DNA from: a virus
Length of the DNA: 64,000 nt
Virus record (IMG/VR): IMGVR_UViG_3300017917_002814
Location: 1-64,000 of that record
Strand: one strand, 5' to 3'
Below, piece after piece: positions 20,389 through 32,300 of the stretch (positions are counted from its first letter, which is position 1; every line of letters starts with the position of its first letter). Both the position numbers and the translations under genes were made by a program. The notes beneath the pieces are model-generated. The model saw only the letters and a list, made by a program, of their open reading frames with translations, was not told the DNA's origin and ran no database searches.

Positions 20389-23300
20389 ATGGCAGCTTTT
20401 AAGACATTACAGTTTTTGCCCGAAATTTTCAGAACTGACACAAATAGAAAATTTCTTAATGCTACAGTTGATCAGCTGATCAGTGAGCCAAATCTTATCA
20501 AAGTAAACGGATACATCGGAAGAAAACTAGCACCGTCTTATAAAAACTCAGACAGTTATATAACAGAACCATCAAAGACTAGACAAGATTATCAACTTGA
20601 ACCGAGTATCATCATCAAGGATGCTACAACTGACGAACTGACTTTTGCTACAACTTATGTTGATATAGTAAACAAAATCAATTTTTATGGCGGATTTGGT
20701 AACAATCAAAATAGATTATTTGACAATGAATATTATTCTTATGATCCTCAGATAAATTTTGACAAATTTGTTAATTTTTCACAATATTATTGGTTATCAA
20801 ATGGTCCAAATTCTGTGTTAGTAAGCGCAAGTTCTGTGCCACTTGAGCAAACATTTACAGTTTTCTTTGATATTACTACTCAAACATATAGAATAAGCGG
20901 TTTCAACAATGCTCCTAATCCTGTTCTAACTTTGGCCAGGGGAGGCAGATACACCTTTGTAAATAACGAGCCAGGAAATAAATTTTATATCCAGACATCA
21001 CCAGGATCGCTTGGAATAGATCCTGGTGCTCCTAATTTGTCTACTAGATCGGTATTAGGAGTAAATGGCAATGGTCAAGATGTTGGCAATACAGTATTTC
21101 AAGTGCCACTTGCCACCGCCCAAGTTCAGTTTACAAATATGACAATTGTGGATAACGTAAATTATGCCACAAATTTAAGTTTTCAATCCTTACAAGGATG
21201 TCTTGTAAGTGATCTACAAAATGTGCTAGGCGGTCTTGATGGACCAACATCAAGTCTTGAAGATGTTACAGTTGTTTTTGTGAATAATGAATTCATTGAT
21301 GACATTTATTGGTATAATACAGCAAGAGTAGACGATAACGTAATTTATTTAGATCAAAACAATTTGGTGCCTTTTAGTCAAAGGAATAACATTTACCAAA
21401 TAAACATTTTTGATGATGATCAGGGAAATCTCAGAGTATTCCTTTCAAACAAGTTCAACGTCAGCAACGAACAAAAAGTAAGAATTGAAGCAGGTGCAAC
21501 TAATGCTGGTAAAGAATTTTACAGTCGGCTGGATATCTTTAATGAAGTTCCGGCAATAACTGCACCACTGGGTCTTTTATATTATCAGAGTGATCAAACA
21601 GATAATGCAGTCGGAGCTATACAGATAATTGATCCTGACGCTGCTGTCATAGACCCTGACCTTGAAATTGTTGGACAAAAAAATTATACCAGTCCGGGCG
21701 GCGTGGTGTTTACAAATGGTTTAAAAGTAACTTTCGATTCAACAGCAGTTGCACCATATTCCAATAACACATATTATGTAGAAGGAGTAGGAACTGCAAT
21801 TGTACTAGTTCTAGCAGATGATCTAGTTTGTCCAGAATTGAACAATGACTTGTCGGTACCGGATTATTTAACAATTAATAGAGGAAGCGCCGATCTAAAT
21901 GGATGGTCTAGAAGTAATAGATGGTTCCATGTTGAAATAATAGAAGCTGCTGCAAGATACAACAACGTTGATTTGATATTGGATCAGAATAAAAGAGCAC
22001 AAAGACCAATCATTGAATTCAAACCAAATTTGCAATTATTCAATTTTGGAGTTGAAGCAAAAAAACCAGTAGACATTCTTGATGATATTGTCACAAATGC
22101 CTATACACAAATACAGGGTGTTATTTGTCCATATATTCCTCCTGAAATTCCAACACAAGTTACTATTTTGATTGGAGATAAATCAGTAACATTACAAAAC
22201 GGAGATAGAGTTATCTTTAGTAGAGATGACAATCTTGACGTCAGAAATAAAATATATAATTTTACAATAGAACTTACGACCGAAGCACCCGATGCATTGA
22301 TTTACAGAGCTTACATTCAAGAGGCAGAGGATTCTGTAGTCGAAGAAGGACAAACCATCATTGTGAATTCTGGTACCAACGGAGAAAAACAGTGGTATTT
22401 TAACGGAAACATATGGATTGAATCACAACAAAAAACTTCAGTAAATCAAGCACCTTTATTTGATATAATAAATCAAGAAGGTATAAGCTTTGGTGATAAT
22501 TCTGTTTATCCTGGATCTACTTTTGCTGGTAGCAAAATATTCTCATATAAAATAGGCACCGGAATAAATGATTCTGTGCTAGGATTTCCTTTAAGTTATA
22601 AAAATTTAGTCACACAAGGTGATATCCAATTTGAAAATAATTTTGATTTAGACAATTTTGAATATATTTTAAGTGCCGGCGTCACAGACACTATTTCTAT
22701 TAACTCCGGACTAATGCAACAAAATTTAAGTAGAACAACCAGCACTAGATTGAACACTTGGGTAATTAACTCCAATTTTAGCAAGCAATATCAAATTTTT
22801 AATTTTACCTACGACGGAACTACAAATCTATTTCCAGTTGATATATTGCCAGACATAAGCGTTGATATTCCCAACATAAAAGTTGTAATTAATAATGTAC
22901 CAGTAACTAACGGACAATTTGGCATAACCAAAGTAGTTGACAAGTTAGCAATTTTAGTTGATCCAAATTTGCTCAGCATAGGAGATGTGGTCTTTATTAG
23001 TATTTTTAATCAGAACAATACCTCAGTTGAAGGATTTTACCAAGTTCCTCTTAACTTTGATATCAATAGTTTGAACGTTGACCTAGAGACACTTACTCTA
23101 GGTCAGATGCGTAATCATTTGATAGCCTACAAAAATAACAGTCTTGACATTGTTGGAGATGTACCTGGAAAAAGCAACATTAGAGATATTAATTTCTTAA
23201 ATCGTGGTGGTAGCATACTACAACACAGCGCACCTTTAATTTATGCTGGGTTATTTTTAAATCACCCCACAATGAATTTTGTTGATGCGTTAAACTTGGC

Positions 23301-26300
23301 ATCACGTGAATATTCGCAATTTAAAATTAAATTTTTAGAGTTAGCTGCCAATCTAGAATTAGATAGGAACAACATACCTAGTTGTGTTGATACTATCATG
23401 GCTACACTAAACTCTGTAAAAAATGATAATTTTCCATTCCATTACAGTGATATGGTTCCTCATGGTGAAGACGAAAGGGTAGTTCTTCCCAGTTATACTG
23501 TTTTTGATACAGACATTAGATCTTATGAAATTACAAGCATATTTAACGACACTGTTGTAAGTAACAAATCGGTTTTAGTTTATATAACTCGAGAACTAAA
23601 CAACATAATTACAACCACATTATTAGTAAAGGGGCAAGACTATTATTTTGATCAATCTAGACCGGCTATTGTTATTCAAGACTCTTTCAATCTATTATAC
23701 AATGACATCATAAGCATTGTAGAATATAATAATACTGACGGAAGTTATGTTCCGGAAACTCCAACCAAATTGGGATTATATCCCAAATATATTCCCGAAA
23801 TATTTACTGATAATACATACAGAACACCAATACAAGTAATTCAAGGACATGACGGCAGTATCACTCCTGCGTTTGGAGATTTCAGGGATGATATATTACT
23901 TGAACTTGAAAGAAGAATTTACAACAATATCAAAGTAGAGTACGATCCTTTAAGTTTTAATCTGAATGATTATAATCCTGGTAAATTCAGGATTTTAGAT
24001 TATAACAGACAAGAATTCAATCAATTACTTAGCCGTAGTTTTTTACGATGGGTAGGCACAAATAGAGTAGATTTTACCACTAACAACACGTTTCAAGCAT
24101 CTGATCCATTTACTTGGAACTATAAAAAATTTAGAGACGTAATCAACGGCGAGTCTTTGCCAGGAACCTGGCGTAGTGTGTTTAGATATTTCTTTGATAC
24201 AGATAGACCGCACACTCATCCTTGGGAAATGTTAGGATTCAGTGAAAAACCTGATTATTGGAATGAAAGGTATGGTCCTGCTCCTTACACCGGCGGAAAT
24301 ATAGTGTTGTGGAGTGATTTGGAATCCGGTTATATACATGCAGGTCCCAGAGCCGGAATAGATCTAAGATATAGTAGACCGGGGCTAACGTCTATAATTC
24401 CTGTTGACGAAAACGGAAATCTTCGTAGTCCTACAGAGTTTTTGGTCACTGACTTTGACAGTGCAAATGCAAACGTAAGTTTTGCTGTTGGGGATATTGG
24501 GCCTACAGAATTAGCCTGGCGCAGAAGCAGCGACTTTCCGTTTGCTATACAATACGCCTTGGCAATTGGTAAACCAGCTAGATATTTTTCATTGTTGGCA
24601 GATGTCAAGAATTATAAAAGAAGTTCTACCACTGGTCAATTTGTAGATTCTAATAACAACAAACACATACAGCCAGATGTTATTAGAGTTAATGGTTATG
24701 TTTCAATTGACGGTACAGTAGAAAGAAGTGCCGGATACTTAAATTGGATTAGAGATCATGTAAAAAATATTGGTATTACAGATGCCGGTGCGCTACTGAA
24801 AGAAAATTTGAGCAGAATAACAGTCCAACTGTCGTACAAAATGGCTGGATATTCTGACAAAAGATTTTTAGAATTATTAGCCGAACAAGTAAGCCCTAGC
24901 AGTATAAATGACAGTGTTGTTATACCTGAAGAAAACTATAGTATAGAACTTTACAAAGGTGCACCTTTAAACAAAATAACTTATTCTAGCGTAATAGTAG
25001 AAAAAAGTGTCAATGGGTACACAGTTAGCGGGTATGATACAAATAATCCATATTTCTATATGATTCCTAGTTTACCTAATAACAATGCTTATACTGTTGA
25101 GGTAGAAGGACAGCGAGGCGTCATCTATCGTGATTTTAAAAAACAAAGAGTCACTATACCTTATGGTTTTGAGTTTAACTCTAAACAACAAGTGGTTGAT
25201 TTTCTTGTCAGTTATCAAAGATATTTAATAGCCCAAGGTTTTATTTTTGAAGATAGAGATAATTTACTCAACGAAAAGAAAGATTGGATTTTAAGTGTAA
25301 AAGAATTTTTACACTGGAGTAACCAAGGATGGAGAACAGGTAATATTATTGTTTTAAGTCCAGTGTCGGACACTTTGAAAATTTTCAATGAATTTTCTGT
25401 GGTTGATGAAATTACAAATGCGACCAATGGTAGTAGAGTACTTGATATTAATTATCAAACAATAAGGAAAAATAATTTTACTATTGTTAGGGATAGTAAT
25501 TTATTCACGTTCAAATGTTTAGCACAACAAACAATAGGGTTGGCAGAATTCAATTTAATACAGTATGAACATTTATTGATACTTGACAACACAACGGTAT
25601 TTAGAGACATTATCTATGTTCCAGAAACAGGCAATAGACAATACAGACTTAAGTTGGTTGGAGCTAAAACTGGGTTTTGGAACGGTAACTTAGAATTACC
25701 TGGATACATTTATAGCAGTGATAAAATTGAGGAATGGAAACCAGGACAAGATTATTTAAAAGGATCAATTGTTGTCAACAAAGAAAGATATTACACAGCA
25801 ATTGAAAATATATCAGCAGCTGATCAATTTCAAACTATCTTATGGAAGCAAATTACTCAAAATGAATTGAAATCAGGTTTAATTAATAATTTGGCAACAA
25901 ATGCCAGTCAGTCTTTGCAATATTACGATATCAATAATCAACCTCTTGATGAACAAATTCAACTGTTTAGTAATGGATTGATTGGGTTCAGGCCCAGACA
26001 ATACTTTACCAACTTGGGTATTGATATCGCCACGCAATCTAAATTTTATCAAGGTTTAATCAAACAAGGTGGCACCACCAATGCAATATCGGCACTTAAA
26101 GGTGCGCAATTTAACAACTTAAATACTGAATTAAACTTCTTTGAAAATTGGGCCATACGAGTAGGTGAGTATGGGGCTCTTGACATCAATAATTATTATG
26201 AATTTATTTTGTCTGAAGCAGAGTTCAATAATAATCCTGCAATATTTCAATTGATTGATGGCACTCAATCTGCACAAACTGACATAACCAAATTTGATCT

Positions 26301-29300
26301 AGCTAGTACCTATAAAATATCAGGATCTTTCTCGGCTGATTTTTTAAGAACACAATCAAATGACACACCTCCAGAATTAAAATCTTTGCCAGTAGCTGGT
26401 TTTGTAAATCTAGATGACATAGACGCAACAATCTTTGACATAAAGGATTATGCACAATATGCAAGCATCGTAAGTAATTTGGGAGTAGGTTATACTATCT
26501 GGACCGCCCGTGACTTTGATAATAGTTGGAACGTGTATAGAGCATCAAGTGTTCCCGGCCTGGCCTTCATTTTGAGACACAATGTAGACGATCAAGCCGA
26601 GCTAGTCATGAGTGCTGAACACGGGCTCGCAGAGGGCAATCTCATTGCATTGAAGAATTTTGACGAAAGATATAACGGAATTTATCGCGTTGTTTCTATC
26701 ATTGACAGCACTAGATTTTTAATAACCATTTACAATAACTTACAAGAACTAATAGATAATGATGCTGTTTTAGGCAACGGGCTTGTTTATCAATTAACAA
26801 GCAGCAAGTTACAAACCCCCACCGCAGTAATAGATAATACACCAAACGATGGGTGGATACTTAATGACAAAGTATGGGTTGAGAATTTGGACAACCGAGG
26901 AAACTGGGGAGTATACACGGTAACCAATCCCTGGGAATATCAGGCAAAAATTCAATTAGGCGAAAGCCAATACGCAGGAAACGATCATTTTGGCCGAACA
27001 GTAGCACTAGATTCTACAGCTTTGTTTTTGTACGGCGGTGCCCCTGACAGTTCAAACGGTCGAGTAAGTATCTATGCACGAAATACAAATAATCAATGGG
27101 ATAGTTACGGATTCTTGTGGGGCAACAATCCTGTTTTAGATAGTTTTGGTAAAGTGGTTATCACCGCCACTGTTGGTAGTTCAAATTTCCTTGCTGTGTC
27201 GGCGTCGGATTCCGGAAGTAAGCAAGGGGTTGTTTATGTTTTTGAAAATCAAACTCTAATTCAAATTTTAGCAGACAGTGCAGGTGCCGCCGGGGACGAG
27301 TTTGGTGCTTCGTTGACAATGAGCGATGATGCCAAGTATTTGTATGTTGGTGCACCGGGTGCAAACAAAGTTTACTGTTATGCACTAAACTATCCACGAG
27401 ATTCAGTTTCACAAAATATTCTAGGCTCAACTGGTGTGACAACCTTTAATTTAAATTTTGCAGCAGTTGACGCTAGCGATATAATTGTAACTGCGCCTTT
27501 GAGATCTTCAGAATATTTTCCCGGTATAGATTATACTGTGGCAAGTGGACCTAACAGAATAATTTTCAATGTTGCTCCGGCCAATGGTGATAGAATAACC
27601 GTTCAAAAAAGAGGTTATTACTATAGTCTATTAGACACATTGCCATTATTGGGCGAATCTAGTTCTGGCAGCAAGTTTGGATCGGCGTTAGCCTGTAGTC
27701 AAGATGGGTCTATAATTGCTGTTGGCGCCAGCTCTACCACAGTTGATGGATTAAACGATGCTGGTGCGGTTTATGTTTACCACAGAACTGTGACTGAATT
27801 TGTAACAAATGGAATATTGAATACTTTCACCGTACCAGACAATTTAGGTAATGTTTTCTATGTATATTACAACGGAGAACTATTGATCAATGGCCTGGAC
27901 TATTTTACCATTGGAACAAATATCATACAGTTTGCAGGATTTAATGTACCAGCAGCTGGAAATCGTTTAGTTGTTGAGTCTAATCAGTTTATTTTAGATC
28001 AAACTATTTACCCACAGACTGTAGGATCAGCCGGCGGCTCCTTTGGCGCAAAAATTTCCATGTGCAATAGCGGATGCAACATATATGTGTCAAGTCCTAC
28101 CTATTTAGAAGCAAATTATAGATTTGGTCTAGTAACAAGATTTGTCAACGTTGGAAGAGTGTACGGCACAGTTACAGGGACAATTGAAAATCCTACTGTC
28201 ACCATTGGTGAAAGTATTGTAATTAATAATAGAATAATAACATTTACAGGAAGTACTCTAGCATCTGTAGTATCTAATATCAATGGAGCAAACATTCCCG
28301 GGGTGACTGCTTCGATATCAAATAACAAACTAAAAATTGACAGCAACGTGGTTATTGCTGCCAATCGACTCAATATAGTGTCTGGTGGCACAGGGACTCC
28401 GTTAGCTGATCTTGGAATTGAAGATTATAAATTTGTACAAATAATTAAACATCCTGAAACATTAGGGGAGATCTTTGGTTCTACAGTCAAGGTTGATCAA
28501 TCAAGCGGAACTTTGGCAATTGGTAGTGACGGAGCAGATATAGCTATTCCAATTAACATTGATAATACACTGGGCACGCCAACCCTATTTGACAGCGGTG
28601 GTACAAAATTTGTAGATTTAATCAAAGACAGTGGAGCAGTTTACATATACAACCTAATGTCTAATCCATATGAAGATGTTGATAACCCGTCTTTATTTGC
28701 ATTTACTCAAAAATTAGTTGGTCCTAATCTCAACACAGGGTTTAATTTTGGTGCAGCAATTGACCTTCGCTCGGACTATTTGATTGTTGGTGTATCAAAT
28801 GACTTTGGTGTAGTTGCCGAAGGGGGCAGTCTTTACTATTACTACAATCAAAATGCCAAATCTGGTTGGGAATTGACTCGCTACAAGGAATCCAGAGTTG
28901 ATATAGGTGCAGTTTCTAGTTCATTCCTTTACAACACAGTGTCTCAAAATATATTGGAATTTTTTGATTATTTAGATCCCGCTAAAGGCAAGTTGTTGGG
29001 AGTGGTGGATCAAGAACTTGATTACAAAGAAGATTATGACCCTGCCAGTTACAACAGAGCCAGTAGAACAGACACCATCAATAACAACAATTTCTATTGG
29101 TCAGACAGGCACGTGGGAAAAACATGGTGGGATTTATCGCAGGCAAGTTTTATAGATTACGAACAAGGAATTCTCCAATATCGAGTTAAAAATTGGGGAA
29201 GTTTGTTTCCAGGAAGCCGAGTTATTATATACGAGTGGGTAGAAAGTGACTTTTTACCTAGTCAATATGAAACATCCGTGGGCGACGGAGTTCCTAGGTA

Positions 29301-32300
29301 CGCCGATGACACTGCTTACAGTTCTATCACAATCGTAGATCCGGTGACCGGAATAATTACTCAAAAATATTATTACTGGGTTTCTGGCAAAGTAAATGTT
29401 GATGTAAACAGAGCACGTAGAACACTTAGTGTTAAAGCCTTGGAATCTTATATCACTAATCCAAAAGATCAAGGTATTCCGTATTTGGCTTTACTTGCAC
29501 CAAATTCAGTGGCGGTGTATAATATTTCCAGTCAATTGGTTGGAAACGATGTTGCTATTCATTTAGATGTAGCGGATGTGCGAAATCATAATCTTATACA
29601 CAACGAATGGCAATTGGTGCAACAAAATGCATCTGCTGAATCAATACCTATTAGGGCGATCAATAAATTAAAAGACAGTATTGTTGGTTTTGATTTAAAT
29701 GGTCTCACTGTACCTGATCCTTTGTTAAAAGCACAAGACAAGTTAGGAATATTGGATTTTCCTAGACAAACAATGGTAGCGGATAGAATTCAAGCTTTAG
29801 AAAATTATGTAGAAACTCTTAATTCTATTTTAGTAAACTATCCTATACTTTTAATTACTACTCCGTCTTCGTTGCTGTCTGAAGAACCATTGCCTACAGT
29901 TGGATTTGATACACAAACCGATAGTGTGACTGATCTTGAATATTTGGACACCAACGCTTTCCCTGATGGTTATAAAATTTTAATACCAAGCGATTCCACT
30001 TTTCAGGGCAAATGGAGTATATACAAATTTAATGCAACAGTTGATACTTTTGAATTGTTTAAATTACAAAGTTTCAAGACTAATTTGTTTTGGAATGCTA
30101 TAGATTGGTACGATGCGACATATCAGCTTGGCAAAGATATCAACTATACTGTAAATATTTATAGCGACACTCAAGCTTTAACTCCATCAATTGGTGATTA
30201 CATCAAGGTGTTAGATAATGGACAAGGAAAATGGTTACTGTACGAAGTTTTAGATAATGGCACATTTAGTCTAATAGGAGCTCAAGACGGAACTTTTCAA
30301 ATAAGCACCGAAGTTTACGATGTCACCGTTGGTTCTGGGTATGACAGTGCAGTGTATGATTCAGTAGGATTTGATCCTCAGGCCATACGTGAACTTCAAA
30401 ATATATATAACAGTGTTTACCAAGAAATATTAATAGGTAATCTTAGCACTGAATTTAATAGATTGTTTTTGACAATTATAAACTATATTTTTAAAGAACA
30501 AAAAAATCCAGACTGGATTTTTAAAACCAGTTTCATTGATGTATACCATAATTTAAGAACGCTAGAACAGTTTCCTAGCTACGTTAGAGACAACCAAAGC
30601 TTTTACAATGATTATATTGAAGAAGTTAAACCGTATCGCACTCAAATTAGAGAATATGTTCCAAGCTACTACAAACAAGATTTAGCCAATGGTAACTGGA
30701 CAGATTTTGATTTGCCAAGTTCATACGACAGTCAATATGATGTTTTTAGAGTTCCTGATATAGCTAATCCTAGCGATGCTGATTTGTTTGAAACAGAATT
30801 GTATTCTAACTGGGCAAATAATTATAAATTTAAAATTACAGATTATATTATAGGAAATGTTGGATTAAATTACACTTTACCTCCCAATGTTGAAATAACC
30901 GGAGGTGGTGGATCAGGTGCCACAGCAATTACTAGTATTGACGCCAACGGAAAAATTACTGCTGTAACTGTAACAAATGCTGGCGAAGGTTATACATCAA
31001 CGCCTAACGTGTTTATAAACGGCGACGGGATTGGTGGGGCAGTTTATCCTCTATTGAAAAATGAGTTCTATAACTCCCAGGCCAATTTAAGTTATAATCT
31101 TATTAGAAGTGTTGTAACAACACTCAAGTTTGATAGACTAGCATATAATAGTAATTTGATACTTTGGCAACCCAATACGGCGTATGCCAACACTGTAGTC
31201 ACATCGGGTAATACCTTGATTGATGATGGAAACATTTATATCAGTTCTGGTAATATTGTTGTGTACAACAATCAAGCCTATCTTGCTACAAATGCAAATG
31301 TTTCGACAGAAGCGATATTTGACTTTACAAGATTTAGTAAAATTGATAACGGTAACGTTTTATTAAATGCAATTGATAGAATAATGGCATATTATGAACC
31401 TGAAATAGGAATGCCTGGTAAAAATCTACCACAGTTAGTAAATGGACTAGAGTATCCGGGTATTTCGGTGTTAGGTCCGGAATTTAGAACTAACGCATTT
31501 GAAATTACAAGCAATGTTATTTCGTTCAATTACACCGGGCTTACCATAGATAGCGGCAATGTTGCAGCGGTGAATTTCCAAACACTGGGTTTTGAAATAA
31601 ATCAACCTATTAGAATTGAAGCACTGGTGCCATTTGATTTTCAAAATAACGGATACTTTACAATCGTTAATGTTGAACGCGACTCAATGACACTGACTGG
31701 ACAACCAGTAGAGACTACCTATAAACTATTATTAGATAATCCAATTACAGCGAATGCCGGCGATTATATAACTCAAGCAAACACTTTAGCAAACGCTTTT
31801 GTTTTACAATCTGTTGCCAACTCTAATCTACTTGACGTAATTTATTCTGTTCCTGAATTTACAGTATCAACCAATACAATTAGTATAAATGGTATAGTAA
31901 CTTCGTCTAACATTGCACAAATTACCACAGGCGGCAATGTAAACGCAACTATATCATATTTAAATTTACAAACAGTTATAGATTCAAATATCTATAGTTC
32001 GTACTTGGATACAGCACTAGGAACCAGACCACAAGACATCAATATTGTGGGCGGTGATTATGTAGATCAATACGTTAGTCATGCTCCTGAAGAATTAATT
32101 CCAGGTAAAATGTATGATGCACTAGAAATGCAAGTATTTGGTAACACTGTTGGAAATACTGCCACCTATGGTTTCCGTGTATTTCAACCAATGAGTGCAA
32201 ACATCGAATACACTAGAATTAGTGCAAATGCAACAACTGTGTTATCAGCCAATCTAGAAATAGTTGACGATGAAATCTTAGTCAATGACGCAAGTGTTTT

